This document shows, piece after piece, positions 19,384-28,914 of a DNA stretch of 64,000 nucleotides. Where the stretch lies: the NCBI GenBank assembly GCA_034659015.1, contig JAYEGL010000011.1, forward strand, positions 181,310-245,309, given 5' to 3'. Source of the stretch: Pseudomonadota bacterium. GTDB lineage: Bacteria > Pseudomonadota > Alphaproteobacteria > Caulobacterales > Maricaulaceae. Made by a program: the position numbers and the translations under genes. The notes beneath the pieces are model-generated. The model saw only the letters and a list, made by a program, of their open reading frames with translations. It was not told the DNA's origin and ran no database searches. Each line of letters starts with the position of its first letter. The first letter of the stretch is position 1.

Positions 19384-20675
19384 CAGCTGCGGATCTCGAT
19401 CGTCGCGTCGCGGCGGATGTCGCGCAGCCAGCGGCGCGAAAGCAGCGACAATTGCTGGCCGCGCAGCTGCGATTCAAGATCGTCGCGGCTGGGAACACCC
19501 GGACCGGCGATATTGCGGTCGCACACGATCAGCGCCTGCAGGCCGGAACTGTTCTCGATGACGCCGGTATTCTCGCCGGCCTCGAGCGGTTCGAGCGCCT
19601 GGCGGATCTCGTCGCGCATGGCGTCGGCGCCGATGCCGCCGAGCGGGCTGTGAATGGCGCCCTCGAATTCACCGGCCAGGGCTTCGCTGGCGCTGCAGGT
19701 CGGGTTGTCCGACAGGGCCCGTTCGAGGCGTTGGCGGGTGTCGTCGCCGACGACGCTGTTGGGCAGGGTGATCTGGACGAGATCGTATTGCAGCGTGGTG
19801 GTGCCGTCGCGCACGCCCACAAGGGCGATGACCATGTAGCCACCGGGCACCTGGACCGGGTTGGAGAGCGCGCCACGGCCCTGGGAGCGCTCGAACTGGC
19901 GGCGCATATCCGGCATGATCGCCGCGACTTCCGGCTGCAACTGGGACGCCACGATCCAGCCGATATCGCCGCCGGAGGCCGCCGAGGGCGCATCGGAGAA
20001 CTGGCGTGCGAGCTCGGGGAAGGCGGCGCCCTGCTGCAGCTGATTCATGACGGCGATGACGCGCTGCAGGGTGGCCTGTTCCTGGCCCGGACGCGGCACT
20101 TCGAAGAACATCTCGAAAATGCGGTACTGGGGCTGTGAGGCACTGGCCGCGAGGCGTTCCAGCGCCAGCTCGATCTGCTGTTCGGAAATCCGGATGCGCG
20201 AGCCGTAGCGGCCGTTCACCAGGATCTGCCAGGCGATTTCCGCTTCCAGCTGGTGACGCAGCGTCGTCACGTCGACGCCGGAATTCTGCAGGTCGGACAC
20301 GATGGCGTCGATCGTGGTGTTGTTGCGATTGGCGAGATCGAGCAGGGCGTTGGTGATCTCGGCGTCCTCGACCTCGACCTCGTATTCGCGCGCGGCCTGG
20401 AGCTGGAGATGCTCGTCGATCAGCCCGCGCAGCGCCTGGTCCTGGATGCGGGCCAGCGTGTCCTCGTCGATCTGCGACATGCCGGTCGAGGCGATGATCA
20501 GCCGCATGCGGTTGCGCACATCGACCGTGGTGATCGGTTCGTCATTGACGAGTGCCGCGACCCCCTCCGTCGACTGGGCGTGCGCACCGCCGGCGAAGAC
20601 CGTCGCGGTGACGGCCGTCAGGGCGGCAAACAGGGCAAGGGCAAGGGTCTTGGCGCAGGTCATAAGCAATCGCAT
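19383..20675 (-). CDS. surA: Periplasmic chaperone/peptidyl-prolyl isomerase SurA-like
   Basis: Signal peptide starting at MRLLMTCAKTLALALF and a SurA N-terminal-like region, positioned between lptD and pdxA. The track ORF extends to 20723. Confidence 0.8.
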   Translation of the reverse strand: MRLLMTCAKTLALALFAALTAVTATVFAGGAHAQSTEGVAALVNDEPITTVDVRNRMRLIIASTGMSQIDEDTLARIQDQALRGLIDEHLQLQAAREYEVEVEDAEITNALLDLANRNNTTIDAIVSDLQNSGVDVTTLRHQLEAEIAWQILVNGRYGSRIRISEQQIELALERLAASASQPQYRIFEMFFEVPRPGQEQATLQRVIAVMNQLQQGAAFPELARQFSDAPSAASGGDIGWIVASQLQPEVAAIMPDMRRQFERSQGRGALSNPVQVPGGYMVIALVGVRDGTTTLQYDLVQITLPNSVVGDDTRQRLERALSDNPTCSASEALAGEFEGAIHSPLGGIGADAMRDEIRQALEPLEAGENTGVIENSSGLQALIVCDRNIAGPGVPSRDDLESQLRGQQLSLLSRRWLRDIRRDATIEIRS

Positions 20676-20732
20676 TTCGGTTCGGCGCGGAACATTACTC
20701 AAACTCGGCAGACGCGCAATCACGGGACACTG

Positions 20733-22937
20733 TTAGCGGCCGGGGTCGACGCTGCCGAGTGTAAAGAGGGTAATCCGGACTTGGATGGATTCCGAGGGGC
20801 CCAGGCGTTGGATGCCCAGGTCCTCGCGCTGGTAGACGATTTCGAACTGGGTGCATTCGTCGCGATAGAGGAAGCCGGTCTCCTGCCGGCGCGTCAGATC
20901 GCTGTCGATATCGCGGATGACGCGGCCGACGGCGCTCCAGCGCTCGGTCATCTGCACGCGCACATCGGCGCGCAATTCGCGCTTGATGCTGTTCGCGGAC
21001 GTCGCCGCGTCGTCGCTCGTGTCGAGATAGCCCACGGTGGCGCTGAAGCGTTCGCTGCGATAGCGCGCATCGAACTGCAGCGTGTTGACGTCGTAGTCCT
21101 CGGTGTCGAGCCGGGTTGTCAGCTCCGCGGAGAACTGGCCGAGATCGATCTCGCCGGCCACGACATAGTCGGACCTGTCCTCGAACAGGCCGCTGGTCTC
21201 GGAGAAGGCGGGGTCTCCGTCCAGGCGTTCGCTGCGCCCGACAAAACCGCGCAGCCGGCCGCTCTCGCCCCAGAAGGCGGTGGCCCGCAGGCCGTAATTG
21301 GCGCGCTGGCCTTCTTCCCAGATGTCGTAGCCGGCCGCGCGCACGGGTTCGAACAGCATGCTCTCGTCGACTTCCGTCGTCAGGCTGTCCTCGTTGAGTA
21401 CGCGGCCGCTCTCCGGATCGTCGGAAGCGGCGACGAGCGAGACGACGGGTTCGACGACCCAATCCATCGTGTCGCCGCCCCGGTAGAAGGGCCAGCTGAA
21501 TTCGGTGCCGACGAGGCCCAGCTCGCGCGAGAAACTGTCGCTGTCCGGCGCGCCGGCGGCGACGTCGAGGTCCGACAGGTCGTAATAGTCGGCCCGGGCA
21601 TAGGCGAAGGGCTCCACGACCAGGCCGCCCGGTGCGATCCAGCGTGTGCGCCAGTCCAGCGAAGCGCTGGCCCGCGTATAGTCGGCGCCTTCCTGGCGGG
21701 TGAGATGGACGGTATTGCCGTTGAGGGAGAAACGCCCCCAGCCCTCCGGCGCATCGAAGACCTGGGTGATATCGATTTGCGGGGCGAGCTCGGGCAGCGT
21801 GTCGTCGTTGAAGTTCGTGCGCAGCGACTGGTAGGTGGCGGCCAGCACCGAGCCGTAGCGGTGGCGGGTGCGGTTTTCCAGGAAAAGCTGGCTGACGAGC
21901 TGGCGGTTCACCGCCTCGATCGGCTGGCCGAGATCCTTGGCGCGTTCGGAGAAATCGTAGCGCCGCAGGTGCAGATCGTCCGAGGCGCGCTGGATGCCGA
22001 AACCCCACCGCCAGTCCGCGTTGATATCGAACAGGCCGCCGCCGAAGACGTGCCAGCGCCATTCCTCCTCGCCGAACCGTTCGCCGTCGCTGTCGATCTC
22101 GGCCTCGCGTGTGACGGAAGCCTCGAACTCGGTGAAGCCCGACCAGAATCGCTTGCGGTATTCGGTGTAGAGGAGCGGGTTCACATTGGTCATCGCGCGC
22201 GGCGCGACGACGATGTCCTGGGAGGGCGAGATCGACCAGTAATAGGGCTGCTGGTAGATGAAGCCGAGGCGGGAGGACACGCCCACCTTCGGGAAAAGAA
22301 AGCCGGACCGGCGTTCCGAGGACGGGTCGGCATGGGCGAAGACCGGCGTGTAGAGCACGGGAACGCCCAGCACCTCGAACCGCGCATCGCGGTAGTAGAT
22401 CATCTGGTCTTCGGCGTCCTGGTGGACCTGCCGGGCGCGCAGCCGCCAGGTGGGCGTGCCGCTGCCGTCCTCGCACAGATCGCAAGCCGTGTAGTAAGCG
22501 TCGCTCAGGGTCAGCGAGGCATCCTCGTCGCGGATCGCCGAGGCGGCGGCGACACGGCCATTGCGCTCGAGCATGGAGGCGAAGCCCAGCGCCACGCCCG
22601 AGGCGAGGGCGCTGTCAAGTTCGACCTCGTCGGCATATTGCGGATAGGGGCCCTGGCCGATGATCACGACATGGCCGCGGGCGATCACGCGATTGCTCGC
22701 GGGGTGGTATTCCAGCTCGTCCGCCATCAGCGTGCGGTCCTGCTGGCGCACGCGCACATTGCCGTGAGCGACATAACCGCCTTCGGCCAGGTCCTCGATA
22801 CGGTCGGCTTCCAGATAGATGGGCGGCTCGGCAGGTTGCGCTGCCTGCTGGCCCAGGGCGGGGCTGGCGAGCGCAAGCGTCGTCGTGCTCATCAAAACGG
22901 CCGCTAGGCGGCGAACCTGTGACGCCATGCGCGTCAT
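20733..22937 (-). CDS. lptD: LPS assembly outer-membrane protein LptD
   Basis: 734 aa with a signal peptide, an OstA-like N-terminal domain and a large beta-barrel-type composition. It sits upstream of surA. Confidence 0.9.
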   Translation of the reverse strand: MTRMASQVRRLAAVLMSTTTLALASPALGQQAAQPAEPPIYLEADRIEDLAEGGYVAHGNVRVRQQDRTLMADELEYHPASNRVIARGHVVIIGQGPYPQYADEVELDSALASGVALGFASMLERNGRVAAASAIRDEDASLTLSDAYYTACDLCEDGSGTPTWRLRARQVHQDAEDQMIYYRDARFEVLGVPVLYTPVFAHADPSSERRSGFLFPKVGVSSRLGFIYQQPYYWSISPSQDIVVAPRAMTNVNPLLYTEYRKRFWSGFTEFEASVTREAEIDSDGERFGEEEWRWHVFGGGLFDINADWRWGFGIQRASDDLHLRRYDFSERAKDLGQPIEAVNRQLVSQLFLENRTRHRYGSVLAATYQSLRTNFNDDTLPELAPQIDITQVFDAPEGWGRFSLNGNTVHLTRQEGADYTRASASLDWRTRWIAPGGLVVEPFAYARADYYDLSDLDVAAGAPDSDSFSRELGLVGTEFSWPFYRGGDTMDWVVEPVVSLVAASDDPESGRVLNEDSLTTEVDESMLFEPVRAAGYDIWEEGQRANYGLRATAFWGESGRLRGFVGRSERLDGDPAFSETSGLFEDRSDYVVAGEIDLGQFSAELTTRLDTEDYDVNTLQFDARYRSERFSATVGYLDTSDDAATSANSIKRELRADVRVQMTERWSAVGRVIRDIDSDLTRRQETGFLYRDECTQFEIVYQREDLGIQRLGPSESIQVRITLFTLGSVDPGR

Positions 22938-23011
22938 CCCCTCATCTGTCCCGGACCCCGGCCGACCGGATGCAACCTGACTAGCCGAACACGTCCGTAA
23001 CGTCCATGCCG

Positions 23012-24109
23012 TCAGCCGTCTTCGGTCGACGCGATATAGGTCAGCGCGATCAGCGCGGTGAGCGCCGGAGCGGCCCAGGCCGCGGTCAGCGGCGGCAGGG
23101 CCCCGGTGGTCCCGAAGGAGCTGAGCACTTCCTGGAAGAAGAACATCACGAAGCCAGCCAGCCCGCCGGCCATCGCAAACGCCGCCGCGCCGCCCAGCCG
23201 GTGCAGGCGCAGCGTCGCCGCTGCCGCGATCAGGGTCGCCGCCAGCAGCGTCAGCGGCAGGGCCAGCAGGGTGTGCCAGCGCAGCTCGTAGCGCGCCGTG
23301 GCGAGCCCGGCTTCGCGCGCCGAGGCGATCAGCCCCGGCAGGTCCCAGAAGGAGACGCCCTGGGGCGAGCGGGCCCGTTCGAACAGGGCCTGGCGATTGA
23401 TCTCGGTGGGCAGGGTCACCAGGCCCAGTTCGAGCGCGCTTTCGTTCGGCGTGCGCTCCACCGCGTCGGAGACTTCCCAGAACCCGTTCATCAGCTCGGC
23501 CGAGGCGGCATCGATGCGGCGTTCCAGGCCGGGTATGCCGTCATCGTCCAGCGAGAAATGATAGAAGGTCGGCTCGCGCAGCTCCTGCCGGTTTTCCTCC
23601 AGCGCGGTAGCGGAAATCACCGTGAAGCCGTCGGCCGTCGTCTCGCGCAGCCAGACGGGTTCTTCCACGCCCGGCGTCTGGCGTACATTCATCAGCGCAT
23701 CGCGCCGGCTCTGGAATTCCGCATTGCCGGCCGCCGCCAGCGGGTTGAGCGCCGTGGCGCCGATCACGCCGGCCAGGACGGCGAAGATCATCGGCGCGGT
23801 GAGGATGCGCCAGGCCGACATGCCCGAAGCGCGCATCACGATCAGCTCCGAACGGCGGTTGAGCCGGAACAGCGAGGTGAGGATGCCGAACAGGAAGATG
23901 AAGGGCAGGGTCGCTTCCAGCAGCGAGGGTGTCTTCAGAAGGGTCAGGCCCAGAAGATCGAAGGTGGAGACGTCCACCCGCGTACCGATGGCGCGCGACT
24001 GTTCGACGAAATCGACCAGGATGATCACCGTGGCGATGGTCGCCAGGGCCAGACCCAGACCGCTGAGCGTCTGGGTCAGCATGTAGCGGTTGAGGCGGCC
24101 CCCGGTCAT
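23012..24109 (-). CDS. lptG: LPS export ABC permease LptG
   Basis: YjgP/YjgQ-type permease topology. It overlaps lptF by 4 nt and lies divergent from pepA, the canonical arrangement. Confidence 0.9.
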   Translation of the reverse strand: MTGGRLNRYMLTQTLSGLGLALATIATVIILVDFVEQSRAIGTRVDVSTFDLLGLTLLKTPSLLEATLPFIFLFGILTSLFRLNRRSELIVMRASGMSAWRILTAPMIFAVLAGVIGATALNPLAAAGNAEFQSRRDALMNVRQTPGVEEPVWLRETTADGFTVISATALEENRQELREPTFYHFSLDDDGIPGLERRIDAASAELMNGFWEVSDAVERTPNESALELGLVTLPTEINRQALFERARSPQGVSFWDLPGLIASAREAGLATARYELRWHTLLALPLTLLAATLIAAAATLRLHRLGGAAAFAMAGGLAGFVMFFFQEVLSSFGTTGALPPLTAAWAAPALTALIALTYIASTEDG

Positions 24110-25236
24110 GCGGCGGCCTCCTCGGTGAGGGCGGCCTCCGGCTGGCGTTTGGGCCGCCGGCGGGCCGGCCAGTAGATCACCGCCAGGGCGCCCGCGGCGC
24201 CGGCCAGCGGAATGACGTACTGCATGACATTCATCGCACCGTCGTCCGCGCTGGCCGACTGCACGCCGAACCCGACGAGGCGCATCGTCATGCCGGCCGC
24301 GACGGCGATCATCACGCGGCGCGAATGCCCCATGCGCGAATGGTCGCCGGCCAGGAAGGCGGCCGCGGCGATCAGGGCGAAGGCGAGACTGTAGAGCGGC
24401 GCGGACAGCCGGTAGTGGGCCTCCGCCCAGGCGCGTTCGGGACCGCCGGTGCGGGCGATGGTTCCGGCATCGGGCCAGATCAGCTCGTGCAGGAAGCGGT
24501 CGCTTTCCTTGAAAAACATCGCGTCGACCGGACCGATGAACTCGCCCAGGTCGAACTCGGTGCGCGTGAAGGTGCCGTAGAACAGCTCGCCGGCCTCGTC
24601 GATCTGCTGGCGGTTGCCGTCGATCAGCACCATGACCGAGCGCTCGTCGGTGCGCACGATCACGCCCTCGCGGGCCGACAGGGTGGATTGCTGGGCGCCG
24701 CGCGTATCGTCGATCAGGATGTCCTGCATACGCCCGGAGCGGTCGCGTTCGCGGGCATAGATGGTGACGCCGTCGCCGAGCTGGGTGAAGGCGCCGGGCG
24801 TGATCAGGCTGGCCGCCACGTCCGAGCGCAGCGCGTGGATCGACCGGCGCATCTCGCGATAGGCGACCGGCTGGACGAAGAGGTTGATCGCCAGGTTGGC
24901 GATCATCACGTAGACGGCCAGCCGCATGACCGGCGTGATCATGCCGAAACGCCCCAGCCCGGAGGCCTGGGCGACGACCAGCTCGCTGTCGCCGGACAGG
25001 CGGTTGAGCGTCGACAGCACGGCGATGAAAAGCGCCAGCGGCACCAGCAGCGCCGTCAGGTGCGGCAGGGCCAGAACGGTGACCTTGATGAAGGTGAAGG
25101 CGGTTTCCGAATAGCCGGAGATCAGGTCGACATTGGACAGCGACTGGGTCAGCAGGGCCAGCGCCGCAAAAGCTGCCACGGCCGTAAGGAAAGGCCAGAG
25201 CAATTGCTTGAAGAAATACCGCTGAACGAGAATCAT
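24106..25236 (-). CDS. lptF: LPS export ABC permease LptF
   Basis: Has the N-terminus typical of LptF (ILVQRYFFKQLLWPF) and is divergent from pepA. Confidence 0.9.
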   Translation of the reverse strand: MILVQRYFFKQLLWPFLTAVAAFAALALLTQSLSNVDLISGYSETAFTFIKVTVLALPHLTALLVPLALFIAVLSTLNRLSGDSELVVAQASGLGRFGMITPVMRLAVYVMIANLAINLFVQPVAYREMRRSIHALRSDVAASLITPGAFTQLGDGVTIYARERDRSGRMQDILIDDTRGAQQSTLSAREGVIVRTDERSVMVLIDGNRQQIDEAGELFYGTFTRTEFDLGEFIGPVDAMFFKESDRFLHELIWPDAGTIARTGGPERAWAEAHYRLSAPLYSLAFALIAAAAFLAGDHSRMGHSRRVMIAVAAGMTMRLVGFGVQSASADDGAMNVMQYVIPLAGAAGALAVIYWPARRRPKRQPEAALTEEAAA

Positions 25237-25359
25237 GATCCCGGCTTGTGCTGCGCGATCCGCCTTCTATCTCACGTCGTGATCGGATACCACTTCCGCG
25301 ACATATGTTTTCCGCTCGAATGACATGTTCGAGCCTGTACCAGACCGGAGAGGGAAGCC

Positions 25360-26844
25360 ATGAAAATCGAATTCGCCGCTACCGCCAGCCCGTCGGGCGC
25401 GATCGCCGTCCCCGTCTATGAGGGGGCTGCCCTTTCCGCCGCCGCCGAAAAGCTGGACGGTGCCACGTCGGGCGCGATCAAGCGCGCCCTGGCCGGTTCG
25501 CGTTTCAAGGGCAAGGCGGGCCAGACGCTGGAACTCGTCGCGCCCTCGGGCGTGGACAACAGCCGTATCGTTCTGTTCGGCCTGGGCGAGAAGGACAAGC
25601 GGTCCGCCTCGGCCCTGGAGAAGGCCGGCGCGGCCGTCGTCAAACTCCTCCTCGTCAGCGGCGAGACCGGCGTGTCGCTGTCGCTGAGCGGTGAGAGCGA
25701 TGCGGAAGGCGCCGCCCGTGCGGCGCTGGGTGCGCGTCTGGCCGCATACCGCTACGACCAGTTCCGCACCAAGCTGAAGGACGACCAGAAGCCGTCCCTG
25801 GAGACGGTGAGCATCGTGGTCGACGACACGGCTGCGGCCGACAAGGCCTGGGAGAGCTGGGGCGCCGTCGCCGACGGCGTGGACCTGGCCCGCGACGTTA
25901 CCAACCTGCCGCCGAACATCCTCAACCCGGAAACCTATGCCAAGAAAATCGAGGGCCTGGCCGAGTTCGGCCTGGAGATCGAGATCCTCGACGAGGTGCA
26001 GATGACCGAACTGGGCATGGGCGCCCTGCTGGGCGTCGGCCAGGGTTCGGAGTTCGAGAGCAAGATCGCCATCATGAAATGGTCCGGCGGCAAGGCGGGC
26101 GACGATCCGCTCCTATTCGTCGGCAAGGGCCTGACCTTCGACAGCGGCGGCATCTCGCTGAAGCCGGGCGCCAACATGGACGAGATGCGCGGCGACATGG
26201 GCGGCTCGGCCGCCGTGGTCGGCCTGATGCGCGCGCTCGCCGGCCGCAAGGCGAACGTCAACGCGATCGGCATTGTCGGCCTGGTGGAGAACATGCCCGA
26301 CGGCAATGCCCAGCGCCCGGGCGACATCGTCACCTCCATGTCCGGCCAGACCATCGAGATCCACAATACCGACGCGGAGGGCCGCCTCGTGCTGGCCGAC
26401 GTGCTCTGGTATTCCCAGGACCGGTTCAAGCCCAAGCTGATCGTCGACCTGGCGACGCTGACCGGCGCCATGCTGATCGCGCTGGGCAATACCCGCGCCG
26501 GCATCTTCACCAATTCCGACGAGATCGCCGACCATCTCTTCAAGGCGGGCAATGACAGCGACGAGCCGGTCTGGCGCCTGCCGCTGGGTCCGGACTATGA
26601 AAAGCACATCGAGACCAAGAATGCCGACATCAAGAATGTCGGCGAGGGCCGTCTGGCCGGCTCGATCTCGGCGGCGGAATTCCTGAAGTGCTTCGTCAAC
26701 GATCGCCCCTGGTGCCATATCGACATCGCCGGCACGGCGATGGGCGGGATGAACCCGAAGGAAGACCCGCGCCAGCCCAGCTGGGGCACGGGCTGGGGCG
26801 TGCGCGTCCTGGACCGTTTCGTCCGCGACAATCACGAGGGCTAG
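25360..26844 (+). CDS. pepA: Leucyl aminopeptidase (M17)
   Basis: M17 signature NTDAEGRLVLAD, plus GKGLTFDSGG. Confidence 0.95.
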   Translation: MKIEFAATASPSGAIAVPVYEGAALSAAAEKLDGATSGAIKRALAGSRFKGKAGQTLELVAPSGVDNSRIVLFGLGEKDKRSASALEKAGAAVVKLLLVSGETGVSLSLSGESDAEGAARAALGARLAAYRYDQFRTKLKDDQKPSLETVSIVVDDTAAADKAWESWGAVADGVDLARDVTNLPPNILNPETYAKKIEGLAEFGLEIEILDEVQMTELGMGALLGVGQGSEFESKIAIMKWSGGKAGDDPLLFVGKGLTFDSGGISLKPGANMDEMRGDMGGSAAVVGLMRALAGRKANVNAIGIVGLVENMPDGNAQRPGDIVTSMSGQTIEIHNTDAEGRLVLADVLWYSQDRFKPKLIVDLATLTGAMLIALGNTRAGIFTNSDEIADHLFKAGNDSDEPVWRLPLGPDYEKHIETKNADIKNVGEGRLAGSISAAEFLKCFVNDRPWCHIDIAGTAMGGMNPKEDPRQPSWGTGWGVRVLDRFVRDNHEG

Positions 26845-26872
26845 GCCCTGCGGCGTCACACGCCCGCAGAAC

Positions 26873-26910
26873 GGGGACAGACACGTAAGCACGCCTACGT
26901 GTCTGTCCCC
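26873..26910 (+). terminator. Perfect 15-bp stem hairpin after pepA (no T-tract)
   Basis: ggggacagacacgta-agcacgcc-tacgtgtctgtcccc. It lies between pepA and holC and no U-run follows, so it may be a terminator or a protein-binding palindrome. Confidence 0.5.
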
Positions 26911-26933
26911 GGAATCCAGAAGCGGAGCGGTCA

Positions 26934-27386
26934 ATGAGCGGCGAACTCTGGTTCTACCATCTGGAACGATCCGCGCTGGAGGACGTTCTGCCGGAACTGC
27001 TGGAGAAAACGCTGGCCCGGGGCTGGCGGGCTCTGGTTCGTTCGCCCGACGCCCGTCGGCGCGAGGCTCTGGATCAGTGGCTGTGGAGTTGGCGTGACGA
27101 CAGTTTCACGCCCCACGGCCAGGCCGGAGAGGGGCATGAGGCGCGCCAGCCCATCCTGCTGGCGGAGGACGAGAGCAATCCCAACGGCGCCCACTGCCTG
27201 TTCCTGATCGACGGGGCGGAGCCGGAAAACCCGGACGGGTTCGAACGGACGATCGTGCTGTTCGACGGTCATGACGAGATGTCCGTCAGCGACGCCAGGG
27301 CCTTGTGGAAGAAAGCGTCCGGCGACGGCCGTCCGGTGTCCTACTGGCGGCAGTCGCCAGAGGGGCGCTGGGAGAAGAAGGCATGA
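26934..27386 (+). CDS. holC: DNA polymerase III subunit chi
   Basis: 150 aa beginning FYHL... in the chi-like pattern, and it follows pepA (conserved pepA-holC synteny). Confidence 0.85.
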   Translation: MSGELWFYHLERSALEDVLPELLEKTLARGWRALVRSPDARRREALDQWLWSWRDDSFTPHGQAGEGHEARQPILLAEDESNPNGAHCLFLIDGAEPENPDGFERTIVLFDGHDEMSVSDARALWKKASGDGRPVSYWRQSPEGRWEKKA

Positions 27387-27688
27387 AGAAATCTGTCCTC
27401 GTCATCGTCGCCGGCCTGGCCGTCGCGGCCTGTTCGACGCCCGCCGATCGCCGCGCGCCGTCCGGGACGGGCGATGCGGCCGCTACCCGACCCGCGCCCA
27501 GCCCCTGCGGCGCGGCGCAGATGGGTTATCTGGTCGGCCAGCAGGTCGAGGAGGTGGATCTGCGCACCCTGTCGGGCAATGTCCGGCTGATCTATCCGGA
27601 CACCCCGGTCACCGAGGACTACCGTCCCGGCCGGCTCAACCTTGACCTGGACGCATCCGGCGTCATTCTGCGTCCCTGGTGTGGCTGA
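27383..27688 (+). CDS. Lipoprotein, peptidase-inhibitor I78-like (paralogue 1)
   Basis: Starts MKKSVLVIVAGLAVAAC (lipobox), with the ATG overlapping the holC TGA. The C-terminus (VRLIYPDTPVTEDYRPGRLNLDLD...CG) fits the I78 pattern. Confidence 0.7.
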   Translation: MKKSVLVIVAGLAVAACSTPADRRAPSGTGDAAATRPAPSPCGAAQMGYLVGQQVEEVDLRTLSGNVRLIYPDTPVTEDYRPGRLNLDLDASGVILRPWCG

Positions 27689-27706
27689 GTTCCCGAGACG
27701 ACATTC

Positions 27707-28072
27707 ATGAAAATCCGTATCGCCCTTCTTGCCTGCTTCCTGGCCGGCTGTGCCCTGACCACGCGCGGCGGCGAGACGCCGGCCCCCGCGCCCGCCCCGC
27801 AAACAGGGCAGGCGGCGCCCGCCCTGCCGCCGCTGGCCGATGCCGGCGATGTCGGCGGCAGTCCGGTCCGTCCGCCCATTACGGGCGATTGCGGCATGGA
27901 GGATGTTCAGCACTATGTTGGCCGGCCGCGGGTCGATGTCCCGCGCAGTGCGATGCCCGACAATTACCGCGTCGTCGGCCCGGACACGCCGGTCACGATG
28001 GACTACCGGCCCGACCGGCTGACCATCCGCGTCGATGAACGCGACATCGTCGAAAGCATGGCCTGCGGCTGA
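27707..28072 (+). CDS. Lipoprotein, peptidase-inhibitor I78-like (paralogue 2)
   Basis: Lipobox LLACFLAGC. The C-terminus (YRVVGPDTPVTMDYRPDRLTIRVD...ACG) parallels the upstream gene. Confidence 0.7.
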   Translation: MKIRIALLACFLAGCALTTRGGETPAPAPAPQTGQAAPALPPLADAGDVGGSPVRPPITGDCGMEDVQHYVGRPRVDVPRSAMPDNYRVVGPDTPVTMDYRPDRLTIRVDERDIVESMACG

Positions 28073-28163
28073 CGGCGGATGCCCCCGTATCCGGGCCGGG
28101 ACCTCTTCCCCTTCGCACTGCACTGGGGCATGGTTCGCGCAGTGAGGATGAGGGGGATATCCG

Positions 28164-28841
28164 ATGATCTTGGCTTCGATGATCGCCGCGGGTGCTGCAT
28201 TGTCGGCGCAGGCGGCCGAGGTGCCGATAACCGAGCGCGCCGAAGAGGTGGAAGTGCGCTACGGCCGCGAGGACGGGCGCAATACCTGGCAGGCCGGCGA
28301 ACTGCACGGCACCTGGTCGGGCATGGGCTCCTACCGCAATCTCTTCGGCGTCAGCGAACGCCGCCGCACCCGCGCCGAGATCACCGTGGCCGGCGGGTCT
28401 TTCGGCGGCACGCCTCTGGAGATCAGCTGTTCCGGCGGCGAGAGCGAGTTGAGCCTGGGCTGGATCACCTTCGACAAGCAGGATCTCGTCTATTCCTGCA
28501 CCTTCACGCGCAATGGCGAGACGCTGGACAGCCGGTTCGAACTGGCCCTGCAGGAAAGCGGCCTGTTCGGCATGGGCCGCAATGAGCGCGCCGGCGAATT
28601 CCATCATGACGGCACCACGCTGCAATTCGAGACCCAGCGCCTGTCCGGCGTCGGCTTCCCGTCCGGCCGTGTGCCCGGCTATGTGATCCGTCAGGACGGC
28701 ATGGATGTCGGCGGCATGGACTACGGCGTGATGCGTTCGCGCGTCTACCTGCCCGGCGCGGACGATCCGATGCGCGAACCGGTCACCATCGCCGCCATCG
28801 TGCTGGCGCTCTTCTTCGATCCGGCGAATTCGGGGAATTAG
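28164..28841 (+). CDS. Hypothetical secreted protein
   Basis: 225 aa with a signal-like N-terminus (MILASMIAAGAALSAQA) and a C-terminal hydrophobic stretch. I recognise no family. Confidence 0.5.
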   Translation: MILASMIAAGAALSAQAAEVPITERAEEVEVRYGREDGRNTWQAGELHGTWSGMGSYRNLFGVSERRRTRAEITVAGGSFGGTPLEISCSGGESELSLGWITFDKQDLVYSCTFTRNGETLDSRFELALQESGLFGMGRNERAGEFHHDGTTLQFETQRLSGVGFPSGRVPGYVIRQDGMDVGGMDYGVMRSRVYLPGADDPMREPVTIAAIVLALFFDPANSGN

Positions 28842-28859
28842 ACGGCGATGGCGTCCGCT

Positions 28860-28907
28860 CATCCTTCCCCTTGATGGGCTCCTCAGCGCCCATCAAGGGC
28901 GAGGATG
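28860..28907. repeat. Palindromic intergenic repeat (family B, copy 2): 17-bp stem hairpin
   Basis: catccttccccttgatgggc-tcctcag-cgcccatcaagggcgaggatg. It lies between convergent genes, so it may act as a bidirectional terminator. Its arms match 2143-2260. Confidence 0.6.
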
Positions 28908-28914
28908 GCGTTGG

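Noticed and set aside
20253-22907. Very long ORFs antisense to, or in alternate frames of, recognisable genes. Examples are 20253..22907 (+) opposite lptD, 5183..6550 (+) opposite radA, 7631..9295 (+) opposite dnaB, 11522..13267 (-) opposite fabD/fabG, 42910..45483 (-) opposite ppk, 52973..54805 (-) opposite aspS and 56677..59307 (+) opposite the NrdJ-like gene.
   Set aside because: Their translations are Arg/Gly/Ala/Pro/His-rich low-complexity strings with no family motifs. Each is fully shadowed by a gene with clear conserved motifs. High-GC genomes produce such stop-free antisense frames by composition alone.
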